In this document: in pieces, positions 28,136 through 43,875 of the stretch
How the letters are laid out: the number at the start of each line of letters is the position of its first letter
How positions within the stretch are numbered: the first letter of the stretch is position 1
NCBI RefSeq assembly: GCF_009914755.1
Contig: NC_060929.1
DNA length: 64,000 bases
From: the human T2T-CHM13v2.0 reference genome, Homo sapiens
Direction: 5' to 3' (one strand)
Notes under the pieces: model-generated
The model's database searches: none
Seen by the model: only the letters and a program-made list of their open reading frames with translations
Told to the model about the DNA's origin: nothing
Program-made: the position numbers and the translations under genes

Positions 28136-28629
28136 TTTTAAAAATTAGTCAGGAATGCTTTCAGCAGTGAGAATAGCTGAAAAAAGGAGAGTTTATCATT
28201 TTATATAAGATGTGTGAAAGTGAGTGCTGATAGATTTCTGATTGGTTCAGCATCCTAACAAGGCCACTGTCTTAAGATGTCTTTAGATATTCTTTCTCAT
28301 CACAAGATGGCTGCTGTAACTCCAGTCAATGCAATTCTGTTTGTGATAGAAGGTAATAGTTGGTAAAAATGAAAGGAGTAATGCCTATACGAAAAAGATA
28401 AAAGCTTTCCCTAAAATCCTAGTGGAAATCTACTTACATCTCATTAATCAAATGTCTCACATTGCCAATGATATTTGCAAAGAAGGCTGGAAGTAAATAT
28501 TTTTAATTGGACACATTGTCAACCTGAAGAATATTAGAGGTATTTTAAGAAGAGGTAAATGTATAGTGAGTAGAAAACAGTGTCTCATATAAGAAAATTG
28601 AAGCTAAAGAAAAATAAGTAAGCTGTTTT

Positions 28630-28975
28630 CCACCTCAGAGCCATATGCTCTTTTCTTTGCTTGGATTACTCTTCCCTTGGTTCTTAGCATGGCTGACTTC
28701 TATCTCTCCACATGTCAGCATAAATGTCATCTCCCAGGGCCTTCCCTGATGACCTTATCGAAATTTGCTTACAGTCTCACCAGTCTTGTTGATCACAATG
28801 CACATTTATTTTATACCATTTATCACAGCAATGATGATTCATTTTATTTATTGGTTAACTTTTGTATTGCCTGGAGACTGTAACGTCACGAGAGAAGGAC
28901 ATACTTTGTTCAGCTTTTCCTAGCACAAAGGCAAATACACTGTAGGTTCTCAGTAAATATTTATTGAATGGATAA
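28630..28975. mobile_element. L2 3' fragment
   Basis: aaatgtcatctcccagggccttccctgatgacc...taggttctcagtaaatatttattgaatggat. Confidence 0.6.
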
Positions 28976-29827
28976 AGGTTACAAGACTCAGGCTTTAAAT
29001 GCCCCTTCACTGTTTAAGCTTCAGAAAAGAGAGTGTAAGACCTGTGGGGAATGAAACAGAGCAGACTAGACATTGAAGTGCAGGCTTTGACGGTCATGCT
29101 TAGCGGAAAAGAACACCATGGCTAATTACCACTGCCTGGCATTGGCACAAGAAGAGGCAGGGGCAGTCCATTTGTTGTCCAGTCATTTCTCTGACCTGGC
29201 CTACTTAGCATATTTCAAAGGTGAAGAAACTGAGGCAAGAATGGGCTAAAAATATTTTGACTCATTTTTCGAAGTAAACACCTTGCCGAAATATCAGAGA
29301 AAAGAATAGACAAGAGGAGTTTTCAATAATTTAGTGGAACAGTCTGTAATAAATGTTTATGAATATTCTGAAGCAACCTTATCCATATGGTGATAAAATC
29401 TAAAGTTGAGAAGCAGTCTTTCTTACCGTTCTCTATTAGATTCTGATTGTTAAGGCTAACTTAAACTTTCTACTGGTTATGGATAAAGCTCTCTTTATAA
29501 AGTCAGCTAACCCGAGGGCAATGTGCATGATACAACTGTGATCGTTTCACTGCTTTTGAGAAATATACCAAATAAGGCTTTGTTTCCAAAAGAAGAGATT
29601 TGGGTTGCAGATTCTGACATAAAGACCTAGGCAAAAGCTGAATCTATTAAGGCCTTAATATATGATTGTCTTTTGGCTAATTATCAAAAAACAATGCATT
29701 GCAAACACACTGAGAGGAATGAGTCAAAATTTGAATGAATTCTGAACAATGTACGACTTTAGAAATCATTTTGTTCATGTGGCTCATACAAATGGAAACA
29801 CAGAGACTCATAAAAGTGAAATGATAG

Positions 29828-30253
<426 letters not shown>

Positions 30254-31747
30254 TAAAACTTTTTTGGGGGCATTATAATTTATTTGAAATTGTAACTTAA
30301 AATTTTTGGCTAAGTAGCTGAAGACTCTTTTTAATCTCACTTTTCTTATGCTGATGTCTCTGGTCAAGTACATTTTCATAGGAACTATTTTCTGGTTACT
30401 AAAATTTAAGGAAACAATAGGATATATCATCTTTGCTAAGGCCTTAAGTATATCTGTATTCTCCATCTTAAAATACTAACTTGCATCAGGTGAATCTACC
30501 CTTCATTTTGGAAGATTCTCATGGAGAGACATGGATAATGAGTCATCTGCACCTTCACAATGATGTCATGTTTGTAGTAGATGGCCTATACATTTTCATA
30601 TGCAATGGTGCTTCTATGAAATTGCAAGAAATGAGACACCAAAATTATATAAAATGAAAAGTCAATGGTAACACATTTTTCCCCCTCTACAACTATATTA
30701 GCAGCTCCGTAACAACACATGACAAAGTATAAAAAGATAGGGTGCAGACACTTTTGCTAACAGCAGTGCAATATAAAAGCAAGAGTTTTAGTTTGTTGTG
30801 AAATGACACAAGATCTAGACTTGGTTTCATCACTAATTGCACAACCACCAAATATCTTTGCTTGGCTTATGCAAACCTATCTAATATACAGTTTTGCCTA
30901 GAAAAACACTTACAAAACACAGTAAAGTCAAATGAACGGCATCCTAAGTCTTTATCTTGGTTTTCCCAGTTATTAGTAATGTCTGCTTAAACAAGTCATT
31001 TATTTTTTTCCCTCAGTTTACCATCCGTAAAATGCAATTAAACTCTATGACTTTTGAGGCATTTGCAAATTGAACATTCAATCATTCCATGTTACCATAA
31101 ACTCATTATGTCTTCTTAGGTAAGATGCTTCCATTAAAAAACAATAATTTATCATATTAAAATATTAGTAAATGTGGTTATCTACAAATTGTAAACGATA
31201 GGGTCCTTCTCAAACTAGTGTGCTCTGCCTTCTTCTAAGAGATTTGTAAATCACATTTTACATCCCTCCTAATAGACACAGTACTGCTATACACAATGGT
31301 GAAATGCTTTCATTTTTAAGACCATGAGGATAACCACAATTAAAAAGGAAAAACAAAGATAAATTCAAAATTATCCATTTCGTACTTTTACATGTCCCAT
31401 GAACCACTAAATTTTTAGTTCATTCTCTTAAACTTATGGAAAATTTTGTTTTTAAAAACCATCTGATTATAAATTGATGCAGAAGTGATATTGGAACTGG
31501 CAGGCTACCCTTATAAAATCAGGGAACACTGGCTACATTTTTCTGCATCACTCACCTCAGTGAAAAGTAATCACATTAGAAGCTTTGTTTTAGGGACTGA
31601 AAGGCATGGCTCACATCTTTTTTCAGACAGCCTTATTTTCATGTAAAAAAGCAACTATAGTTTTACACCTCACTATATCTTATCTGGGGAAAATGTGTAT
31701 TGGACAGAACACAAAAGCCTGGTTATTTAAGTGGGGATTGGGTCAAA

Positions 31748-31980
31748 CAGAGGTGCATTATGACTTTTATGAGCCCTAGGCACTTTTGCCTTTGGAGGCC
31801 ATTCCTCCAAGAAGAAAATTAAAATTATTTCATGACCAGGTTGCTACAAAGATGAATATAATCCAGATTATATTATATTCACTTTATCTTTGGATTTCAA
31901 AAGAAATTAAAATATTTTTGTGGCCTCCTAAAAGTATTGAGGGCCTCAGGCCCTGTGCCTAATGGAGAAGTTGACTGTTG
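31748..31980 (-). mobile_element. hAT-Tip100 non-autonomous element (ORSL-like)
   Basis: gcattatgacttttatgagccctaggcacttttgcc...cctaaaagtattgagggcc...tgtgcctaatgga resembles the recalled ORSL consensus. Confidence 0.55.
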
Positions 31981-32608
31981 GCCAATGAGTCAAGCTCTTG
32001 TCATAGGCCAACATTTACTATGATGCCTCCCCCTCAAAAACACTGGAAACAGCTTGCTTTTTCTAAAGTGATATTTTCTTTAATGTTTAACCTCATTCTG
32101 CATCTAAATAGAAGAGAGTACGTACTATCATTCCAACCTATGTGAAGTGGGTGTTATAGGACTAGAAATCAGAAAAGGTATGGAATTCCTTTTCCTTCTC
32201 TTTCTCTCTCACTCTATGCAATCTCTCCCTCTAAACTGTGTAAATTATCCATCAGAATTATGACCTAACCTCTTATTAGGAGATGGCCAAGTTCAAAGTG
32301 ACATGGCAAATAAAAATGATTGAGAAGAGTGATAGAATGTAACTCATCATCATGGAAAATATCTATAAGAAGGATAATCAGTAGAAAAGAGGAGAGTAAA
32401 CTCAGACTTGCTAATGGACATGCAGCAAAATTTCCAGTGATTTTTACATTTATCATGACCTTCGCATTTAACATGACCTTTTCCTGGCTTAACAATAATT
32501 TGGACCAAAGCTACTGCCTCTAACCTCATTTCATCTCTCATATGCTTCACTCTAGTCAAACTGGTCTTCCTCAAACTAGTCAAGCTTTTGCCTGCAATAG
32601 AAGAAAAC

Positions 32609-32842
32609 ACTTGGGAGGCTGAGACAGGAGGATTACTTGAACCCGGGAGGCGGAAATTGCAGTGAGTTGAGATGGTGCCACTGCACTCCAGCCTGGGTGA
32701 CAAGAGTGAAACTGCATCAAAAAAAGAAAAAAAAAAAAGAAGAAGAAGAAGTAGAAGGAGAAGGAGAAGGAGAAGGAGGGGCAGGGGGAGGGGGAGGAGG
32801 AGGAGGAGGAGAAGGAGAAGGAGAAGGAGAAGAAGAAGAAGA
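32609..32842 (+). mobile_element. 5'-truncated Alu right arm with tail expanded into a GAA/GGAGAA/GGA purine tract
   Basis: acttgggaggctgagacagg...gagtgaaactgcatc; flanks GAAGAAAACACTTG / GAAGAAGACACTTG. Confidence 0.9.
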
Positions 32843-32859
32843 CACTTGTTAGTTTGTCT

Positions 32860-33200
32860 ATTGGACAAACTCTTCCCCAAGATTTTCACATGCATCTGCC
32901 ATGTATTTGTATAAATGTTACCTCCTCAGAGACGACTCTGTCTGAGCCCCTTACCTTACTTAGGATAAGTCTCCATCCCTTCATTCTCTATCCTTTTACT
33001 CGGTTGTGTATGACTCTATCACACTTATCTCTACTTGAAATTACATACGTATTTGCTTATATGTTTTTGTCCCCACTGCTACAATGCATATTCCATAAGA
33101 TAAAGAACATTTGTTCTTATATTCACTACTGTATCCCCAGCACAGTATTTTGTCCTTTGTAGATCCTTATAACCATTTGTTGGAAGAGTGAATAAATGAC
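32860..33200. mobile_element. L2 3' fragment
   Basis: aaatgttacctcctcagagacg...ttcactactgtatccccagcacagta...atttgttggaagagtgaat. Confidence 0.65.
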
Positions 33201-33346
33201 TAAAAAAAAAAATCAGAAAACGTGTTTTAGTTTTTGTAAATTAAGGGACATAAGCTCATCTTTCCTAGCCTGCCCTCTGGAACCATGATATAGAAAATAT
33301 GAAGCTGATGAAAGGTACCAACTAAATAAGAGAATTGAAGTGGTAA

Positions 33347-33568
<222 letters not shown>

Positions 33569-36500
33569 TAATATTTTGTGAGAACTCAATGAATCATTCA
33601 GTAACACAAGTCTAGGAGAGAGAACATTTCACTAAATTGGGCATCAGTTGAGCTGGGAACTAATGTAAACTCGGTAGACCTGTGACCTTGGACATGTCAT
33701 TTAATGCCTCTTGGCCTCTGTTTCTGTTTGTTTGTTTGCAAATTGAGAAACTGGCTATAAGTAATTACTGTAGCACAACAGGTAGCTATGTGAACTCTTA
33801 GAGATGAACATCTGGGTTAAATCCTTATTCCCCAACCTTGTCAGTTGTTTGTAGTCCCCTTGCAGGGTGGTTGGAAGAAATACATTAAATTCTTAAAGAG
33901 TACTTATCACAATTCCTGACCCATCAAAAGCTTTTCATAAATAACTATTTATATAGTCTAGGCTCCACATATTACCATTAGTTAATGAATTTTGCTAAAT
34001 TTGTAGCAGTGATTATTACACGCAGGACATCAAAAAGCCAATTCCTTCTACAAATTCGTTTGTATCTCTAACCAAGCATCTTCCGCAGCTAAAGCCAACA
34101 GAGTCATAACCACATTATTGATCACTCCATGTGGGAATTAAAAGTAGGTAGCATGCCATCCTTTTTAGTGTAGTAACTGATTTACTAATTCTATACTCAG
34201 AACTAGACCTGACACTGTGGAAAAGCTGGACCCACATCTTTAAAGTTGTTTCGAACAATAAGATAAAAGTTTTGTTATTCAAGTGTCCATTTTGTACTAT
34301 CTGAAATGTGATCATCAGACCAGATAATTATAAATAAAAACTGGACTCAAACAATTAGAAAAATACATGCCCCACAAAGCCCATTATTTACTGAAAGCTT
34401 TAACGAGGGTCAAGAATTATTTTTCCAAAATTATGTCTTTCAAAATTTAAGTTGACTTTATTCACTCTTATTTTTTATTTCTAAGGAAATACGATTTAGT
34501 AGTAAATAAGAGGAGTGGTGATAAAAAAAACTTCTTCTGATTTCATGCTTTATATTGGGACCCTCACAAGCATAATACATTCCAATAATAGGTCGACCTC
34601 TCTTGCTATGATTATTAGACAAGTTCTGACTAACAGGATCTGTCTCTTGCTTGCTTAGAAGCCCTCATTGCTAGCCCAGAAGCTTAAATGTTTATGTGTT
34701 TTATTTTTTTTTTAAAAAATGGAAACTGTTTCTCTTTTTTTCTTATTTCAAATCCAAGTGGCATAGTGGAAAGGTCATAGGCTTTGTAGTGAGGGAGATG
34801 TGAACTCAAGTTCTGATCTTGTCGCTTAGAAGCTTTGTGACTTTGGGCAAGTCATTTGTTCAGTTGGAAACTCTAGTATTGCCTAAGTAATGATAGTCCT
34901 GTATTTTGTATTAAAGATGAAATAATATAAAATATTGCAGAGTGTTATATAATAGGTACTCAAATGGTAAGTAAGAGCTGTTGCTATGGTCCTGAAATAC
35001 CCCAGAACATGAAAAATGCTCAAGATTTTTCCTTCTTACAACATATTATGTTGGAAAAGATATGAAAGTAAGCTGTGTTTACTTTTTAAAACTTGAATGT
35101 CATTATAAGCTGGATATAATGGCAGTCACTACAGATTAAATGATAGACAAGCTCAGATTTTGCTGTCATGGAACTTGAAGTCTAAGAGAAATTGAACACA
35201 TAAACTGTAATTATCAAAATAGGTAGTTTAAGTGCTGTGATTAACATTTTTTTGTGATGGAAGAGACCACATCTGTCTTCTCTATCCCTATTATTTTCTG
35301 TAGTAGTTGAGACATAGGAGGCATTGAACAAATATTCTGAATTAATGAATAAAAAGTAAATCCAGCTTAAGATGATCTAGGAAGGATTGTTGCAGGAATT
35401 GATTTTTCATTTTGTTAGTCTGAATATATTGGGGGATAAATAATCACTCTCTAGGCTCCAGGCAGACCAAATAATGCACACATAACTTTTCCTCAAGGAA
35501 CTCTTCATCTATTTTTGTTAGAAAGGAAGTTGGAGAATGTTGGGAAACAAATCAAATGCAGTAGTATGCAGGCATATATGTATGAAGTCTCAAAGGTTGC
35601 TTAGAGGAGGGAATATTCCTGCTCTAATTTTAGCTTTAACAACCTTAGTCATGTTACTATAACCCTCTTATGCCTGAGATCCCATGTGTTCAAAATTAGA
35701 GGCTTAGTCAAAATAATGGAGGCCTTCCTCACCTTTGGCTTTCAAGGGATTCAACCTGTCTACATTCTGGATACTCAGAAAAAATACGCAGTCATTTAGT
35801 AGAATGAGAGACAGTGGCCCAACCCATTGACACCTATGAGGGTAGACCTCATGGGCTGGGCCCACTAGAAGTCATCATTCTGTGCTAGAGCAGCAAGTTC
35901 ACCTACATAAAATAAAAGCTTTTTCCTGTCACCACATAGTGAATATTAGGGGGTAAGAAGAACAATGAGCAAATTCTCAAATGGAAGCTCAGTTTGATGT
36001 ACGTTTCAACTCCACAGTAACGCTGAATTATACTTCCTCTGGGACCACTTTAGCTCACCAAGAGTCCACCTTGATAGATTTCAGTAGAAAGAAACAGAGA
36101 CCTTTGTGTAAGGTCTGCAATGCTGTATTTTACATCTCTTTGTGGAGCCCTGAAAACATCAAAATAAATGACCTTGAGTACCATTACCTTCCTGTTTCTG
36201 TCAGAAGACTAGAGAATGATGGTGAGAGAGAACACACACATTGAGAATGACTAGATAAAAGGCATCTTCTTCTACTTTAAAATTCTCCCTGGAGAGAGAA
36301 TCATTCAATCCCCTTGGTAGTTTAGAAAGTGCTACTTACCTGCCACCAACACATGGGAAAACATAAACACACAATCCTACTGACCTCTTTGAGTCAAAAT
36401 ACTTTCTAAATCACTTCATTAACATAAGAGGCAAGAAGATGGAAATCCTAGCACAATATTTGAATTTCTAGTTCAGTACACATACATTAGAGGTACAATT

Positions 36501-36809
36501 CCTTCCTTGGATACTACCATTAAATTTAGGAAAAGAATATTTAGTTACAGCCTTAGTTTTAAGTGTACTTACTCACCTGGCAGAAAAATACTACTGGACA
36601 GAGTATATGGCAGAGAAATAGGCAAACGGGAAAGATGATCCAGTTAGTTTTCAAATCCAATATGTCTTTATTATTCATTCATTTATCCACGTAATCCTTA
36701 AATCACTTGTTCATTTACTGTGTCTGACACGGTGACTGGGCTTGAAGAAGAGAGATGAAAGGCACAAAACCCCTGCCCTTCAGAAGTTCTTAGTTGAGTG
36801 AGATAAATA

Positions 36810-37020
36810 GCTAACATGCATTGGCACTGTTCTATTCTTCAGATCTAATACTCACAAAAATCCTAGAATTGAGGTAATATTATTATCCCCATTTTATAGA
36901 TGGGATATATGGGGGCCCAGAGAAGTTTAAACATTATTCCAAGGTCATACAGCTGGGAAGTGGCAGAACTGGGATTTGAACCTGGGTTGTCAACCTGCAG
37001 GGTATGTACTCTCAACTACA
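36810..37020 (-). mobile_element. MIR
   Basis: attattatccccattttatagatg...ccaaggtcatacagctgggaagtggcagaactgggatttgaacc. Confidence 0.75.
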
Positions 37021-37310
37021 TGTCATACCAATAACAGGCATCAGAGACACATGAGATGTGGAAGCATAGTTGCTAAGAGTATGAACCCTGAAGTTATACT
37101 ACAAAGATTTCAATGCTGGTTTTGCAACTTATTTACTGTGTGACTTTTGACAAGTGTTTTAATTTTTATGGTTTTTTTTTTTTGTATGTATCTTTTTCAT
37201 GAGCTATTGTGAGATGGAAATAAGAAAATGCATGTAAACTGCCTAGAAGAGTATCTGGTTTGTAAAATGTATGCAGTAAGTGTCCGATATTACTATTAAT
37301 AATAAGAGTA

Positions 37311-37630
37311 GGCCTGGGTGCAGTGAGTCATGCCTGTAATCTCAGCACTTTGGGAGGCTGAGACAAGCAGATCAGATCACTTGAGACCAGGTGTTCCAAA
37401 CCAGCCTGGGAAATGTGGAGAAACCCCATCTCTACAAAAAATTAAAAAATTAGCTGGCCATGGTGTTGCATGTTTGTAGTCCCAGCCACTTGGGAGGCCA
37501 AGATGGGAGGATCACCTGAACCCAGGGAGGTAGAAGCTTCACTGAGTCGAGACTACACCACTGCACTCCAACCTGGGTGACAGAGTGAGACCCTGTCTCA
37601 AAATAATAATAATAAAAATAATACTAATAG
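37311..37630 (+). mobile_element. AluJ
   Basis: Diverged full dimer with AAT-rich tail. Confidence 0.92.
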
Positions 37631-40552
37631 TAAAGCTAGTGTAAGGGAACTACATGATGGCATAAAGGAGGAAGGGGGTCATTTCTACTTGATGTGTCAA
37701 GGGTGGCATAACCCCTTGTCTCTTCCCACCCTCACCACATTATGCTTTCTAAGTAAGTCTTCAAGGACAGCCCATGCAAAAATTACTACAGTGACTTAAG
37801 GCCATGAAATATAACTTATAAAGAAAAACAAAATAATGAAATTGATCACGAAGCATAACAATATCAGTGTCCAGAAAACATTAATAATGTAATGCCATGC
37901 AATGTTTTAAAAACACACAGTGATGACTGCAAGTTCTCCATGTTTACCTAAATAAATTTGATTATAAGAAAATTTGATAAGTTTGGTGAAAAAGAAAGTT
38001 TCTTCTGAATGACTATTGTTAATCCTTAAAAGAGATGACTAAGAAACATTGTAGGATTCTCTTTTTTGGACACAGAGTCGTCTCTGCATGAGTTGATGTA
38101 ATCATGACCCAGAAGGGTCAAGATAATAAGAAAAGCAACAGTCTTCTTTGACTATGGAGTAACATTGGTGATCATCATTCATCCAAAGAGCCTAGGGGCT
38201 TCCATTTATGAAGCCTAGTACATGGTCTCCAGAGAAATAATTATAACTATAGAATGTAAGTCCTGGGAAAAAAAAAAGACTTCTGTGGTCATTTGGTCAA
38301 ACCATTTATATTTCAAATGAAGACATGGTCCCAGAGAGGCTAAATGATCTAGAACTATAATGAGTGTCCCCTTATCTCTATTTAGAATCTCTGAAGCAAT
38401 TAAAAAACATAACCACCACTTTCTCAATAACATTTTTGATAGAAAATTCCTTTTGCAATATTAGTATCCATAGAAAACACCAAGTTTAGAATACTTGGAA
38501 GGAAAATGACAGCTTCACAAGGAATCAATGTTCAATACAATTTTGTTGAATGACCAAGTGGTTGATCTCTGACTTAGAGAGAGAATGCATGTCTGTGTTT
38601 TTAATCTTCATACTGTAAATGTCCATAGAAATAGAGTTTTTAAAAAGTGCTTTCACTCAGATTATGTAATTTTATCCTCACATCCTCCTAGGAGACAGTT
38701 AAATTAAAAACTATTATATTAATTGGACAAATCGGGAAACTGTAGCCAAATGAACCTATGCAAGGTATTTACCTCCAAGTAACTAATATTTGAGAAGGCA
38801 AAGATTGAAAGCCAGGTCTAAACAAATCTTTAATGCTGTTTTGAAAAATTATATTAGTTGCTTTTCTTCCACTCTCCTTAATTTTGTTTTGCAATATATC
38901 AGAAATATTGTCCCATCTAATTTGCAAGCTTCCTTCAGGGTTAAATAAACTGCAAGAATATTTGAATGACAATTCCCCTAGACTGTTGAAGGAGGGAAAA
39001 TAATTTGACATGCTTTGTGCATAAGCACTTGATGTCTAGACGTATTATTTCAATCCAATTTAGGTGACTTGGTTTTTTGTTTTTGTTGTGTTTTTCTTTC
39101 ATTTTAAAGCTATTACAACATGATTCTGATGTTGCTTCCCTTTTCTTCCTTATTTGAAAGTTTGTGCCAACACTCTTAAAATTGTATTTAATTTAGGAAA
39201 AGGTTTCAAAACATTGGAATTTCTTCTGTTAGGGAAAATCTGTTAGGGAAAAAGTTGTTTATAAAACAAATATAATGTCAAATAATAGCTCTTCAGATCT
39301 CCAAAAATTATATTCTTTTCAGGATCTTTGCAAAAATGTCATGTTGAGAACAACAAAAGATAATGGAATGTATACAGACACTCATTTTTCTGACATTATA
39401 TACAGATGAATTTTTTTCTTTGAGCTGGTGACATTTTGCAGGCTGCAGTTGAATGAATTGTTAGGAATAATAATGCATGCCCCTGAGATGGTGAAGTGTA
39501 GCATGGGTATGTCCACATGAGACTATATTTTAGTAGTGTTTTGGGAAAATTGTTTTTCTACATTTTTCTTAAATTTGGATCACTTCCTTCTTTTCAAATG
39601 ACCTTAAAGATATCACTAGAGGAACACACAGAAAATAATAAGAAATTAATCTGGTAACATTCCATTTGTCCTTTAAAAGAAAGATTCTTATGAATTTTGT
39701 TTTGATTGAGTGACCGTGAGCCTCAGTGCATCCATTTTCACTATATGAAGGTATTAAATACTGAGGATATGGCCGGTCATGCTACATAACCAAATAACTA
39801 TTCTTCTTTTAATTAACTTTCAGTTTGGTGGGAGGAATATATGTATGTAGTTAAATAACTAAAATGCAAAGTATGATATATTATAAATATATACAAGAGA
39901 TATAAAGTTGAACACAGTAAGTGTTTAGTAAAGGGCAGGTGCTATTATCAATAACAGTTAATAATGAAAGCAGGCATAAGTGCGTAGATAATTTCCTGCT
40001 ACAGAAAGCAGGATGTGTTATTCTACCAACACTTCTACCAGTTCTGATTGAGGAGAAGTGTGAAGAAAATGGAGAAACAAATTAAATTTATTTTAACATT
40101 ATAATGTGGTTACATAGTATCATCTTAATTAGAGCCATTCTTCTTTATTATCCCCATATTGTGCTTCTGACTATTTTGTAGACAAGAATACTAAGGGTAA
40201 GAGAGTTTAAGTGACTTATCAAAAGCTACACGGCAAGAAAATAGCAGATCTGGGTTTTGAAGTCAAATTCATTTGCTTCCAAATATTAATACATTTTCTT
40301 CCATAGGACAATAATTTCTATTCCACTGAGGACCTGGTACTTGGGCTGGAACCAACCTATAGATGAGCAAAATATTCAGCTGCAGAAGATAGGTAGAGTT
40401 TTGTAGGCCAATGTATTGAGATGTTGAAATATTCGAAGAGACAAGAGAATTCAGTGCATATTAGAACTATGCTATGCATACTCTTAAATACAGATTAGGA
40501 AGTTTGCTTGTTACTTTGTAGAGCTTGAGTCACTTTATATTGTCACACAAGA

Positions 40553-40693
40553 GAGGGGCAGCTGTTTGCTACTGGCCTCTAGTAAGTAGAGTCCAGGAAT
40601 GCTGCTAAACATTCTGCAATATATAGGACAGCCACCTTCAATAAATGATTATCTGTTCAAAAATGTCAATAGTGCTGAGGTTGAGAAAGCCTA
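40553..40693 (+). mobile_element. MER20 (hAT-Charlie) fragment
   Basis: tgctactggcctctagtaagtagagtccaggaatgctgctaaacattctgcaat...aaatgtcaatagtgctgaggttgagaaagcct. Confidence 0.75.
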
Positions 40694-41680
40694 ATGCTGC
40701 TAATCAGTCTCCATTAAGATATTTTAAGTTAAAAAAAAAGAGTGGCAGAATCGCACATGTGAAAGATCACTCTACATCAAAATTTAGGAAAAATTGGAGT
40801 TAAGATGTGACTACAGCCTATATTAACCCTATATTTTGAGTGAATAAGGCTAAACAATCCTAAGATTTTTAACTGAGAAAGTATAAGGCAAAAAGAGAAA
40901 CAATAAGACTCTCCTGCAATTTGGGTTGTGTGTCTACTGCTTTATACCTCTAACTGAAGTCAGAATTTGAAGTGTTTAAGGACCTTGGAGAGCACCTAAC
41001 TAGACCACTGTTTCCCAGATCAATCTAGGAATTGGGACAAACTCAAAATCTGGTTATTAATACAGATTTTCCTGACCTTTCAAAGAATGGTTTGTAAATC
41101 TAGTTGGGATTTGAAGAACTGCATTCTTCAAAAGTTTCCCAGGTGATCCTGGAAAATAAATTTTGAGAAACAAAAGATTCTAGCCCACTCTCCTTATTTT
41201 GTAGATCAGGCCATGCTAAATTACTCTTCTGATGTCAAAGAGATATTTAATGCAGTTTTGGAGCTAAAATTAAACTGTCCTGATGTACACGCCAAAGCTT
41301 CTTCAGTAGGTATTGTGGATATGCTCTGTAATGGACACACTGGAGATCTGATCTGTTTCTGACCCATTGGTCTATGTCACAGGGTTTAGCATATTGCCTT
41401 CTCAGTCAATTTAAGGATTGGAAAGCCAATCCTTAAATATAAACTCAGATTTGTTCCTCCAATATGTGATGTATTTGAATTAAGAGGTAAGAATATCTTT
41501 AAAGACTCTGGCACCTCAGTCTCATCCTCAGAGTCATTTTACTGTGTGTTAAGTATGTCTCTTTTATTTTCTGGATAAAAACTTTTTCCTCCAAGAACTG
41601 GATGTCACATGGAGAAAGGATGTGTCTAATTCCCAGACCTTTGGTACTCATAGTAAACCTCAGAGATTACCTTTTTCTAA

Positions 41681-41935
<255 letters not shown>

Positions 41936-43542
41936 TGACACTGCAAAGAGAAATAAAAAAAAATATACACTCAAATATTAAGTTCATATAACAGAAAGTT
42001 TCAAGGAATTGCCACTCTCATTATGGTATATATTTTTTAAAACTATTTAACTAGCAAGCTGTTTTAGTATTTGTGAATAGATGGCATTAATGAATATTTG
42101 ATTTGATATTTTGAGGTAAAAATGAAGTGAAGCAGGCATAAAATGCATAATATTAAAAACTCATAAATAAAAACTTAATATTTAAACAATATATTTAGAA
42201 TATATAACATGAATCACTGAGTTGTTCGAGAAGCTTAGAAAATATCAGCAGAACTACTTATTTACATTTATAAAAAGCAGAGCTTCTTTAAGTAGGGAGA
42301 GCCAATTAATGACCACCATATCACTACAGGAATAAGTCACTTTACCTGATGTGTGCACTTCTGTAGAGTTACATGCATTCATTTTTTCTATTACAATATT
42401 TTTAATGACCTACATGCTTCAAGTTAAGAAATCTAATTGAGTATTTTTTAAAGGGTAAACAACCTTTTACAAATAGGAAAACTTATTTCCTCATGTATTA
42501 TTTTAGAGGGTGCATTTGATATAAAAAGGTATTTCCTGCCTATATCCCCGTATACTATTTCAACTGTATTTTTCAGGCTGATAAAAATGAAAGATTCCAA
42601 TACAATATCTTCTAGACACAGAAAGCAGTAGTGAACTGAACACAAATCACCACTCTCGTTATGAAAATTGCATTCTGAAGCTTAAAATTGAGTAATCATA
42701 AAATCAAATGCTTTTATACTAGGCGCTATTCTATACAATTAGCCTGTATTACTTAACTATAAAACAAATTCTATCTACTATTATTATTTCCATTTTTAAA
42801 AGTGAAATCTAAGGAACAACAGATTAAGTAATCTGCCCATAGTTAGAAGCTATTAGATGGAGCCAGGACGAAGACCCTAGCATTTAGCTCTGGAGTCTGT
42901 TCGCCTAATGACAATGCTGTATCGTCACCTCTGAGCTATCCTGCTGCAATGAAAATAATTGAAATGGGAGTATTGTGGTTAACTTCATTTGGAAATCACC
43001 ACTACGTATTTATTGGTGAGAGGTGCAATTATCAAGGTTCATTCCACAAATATCAACTAGGCACCTGCTGTTTTTAAGAGCTGTGCTAAAGGATAAAAGC
43101 CTTAAGAAGCTTATAGTCTAAACTGAGGATTATTCACCTGAAGAGATTCCTATGGTATCATTTTTCAATAATATGTAGTGTATGAAAAATCAGTTATCTC
43201 AGAAAAAAAGCAAGACTCTGCTACAAGTACCAGAAACGTGTATTTTCTTCTGAACTTGGCAATATGCTTCTAGATTGGCAAACACCAAATCATTGCTCCG
43301 ACAATTGCCTAAGCATATAGCTAAATTAATATTCAGAATAATTGCAGCTGCAGAACAAAAGAGCAGTTCATTGCATACTCATTCTTTCCCATTACCACGT
43401 GTCGATATTAACTAGCAATGAACTCACTAAAGACGAAGTCTTGTTAAGATGCTTATATCTGTATGAGTATGCCTTTTTCTCACTAGGAAATTAAAACAAA
43501 CAAACAAACAAACAAACAAAAACAAACAAAAAACACAGGACA

Positions 43543-43825
43543 GGCCGGGCACGGGGCCCACGTCTGTAATCCCAGCACTTTGGGAGGCCGAGGCGGGTGG
43601 ATCACGAGGTCAGGAGATCGAGACCATCCTGGCCAACATGGTGAAACCCCGTCTCTACTAAAAATACAAAAAATTAGCTGGGTGTAGTGGTGGGTGCCTG
43701 TAGTCTCAGCTACTCGGGAGGCTGAGGCAGGAGAATGGCTTGAACCCTGGAGGTGCAGCTAGCAGTGAGCCAAGATCGTGCCACTGCACTCCAGCCTGGA
43801 GCAACAGAGCGAGACTCCTTCTCAA

Positions 43826-43874
<49 letters not shown>

Positions 43875-43875
43875 T
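43543..43875 (+). mobile_element. AluSc/Y-type element with (AAT)n tail and 12-bp TSD
   Basis: TSD AAACACAGGACA at 43531-43542 and 43876-43887; (CAAA)n immediately upstream. Confidence 0.95.

Noticed and set aside
32350-32914. ORFs with poly-Leu, poly-Arg or Gly/Glu runs (181, 71 and 80 aa)
   Set aside because: Translations of an Alu fragment plus a purine microsatellite; no gene structure.
39226-39252. Tandem CTGTTAGGGAAAA resembling telomeric TTAGGG
   Set aside because: Simple 14-bp slippage duplication with only two isolated hexamers.
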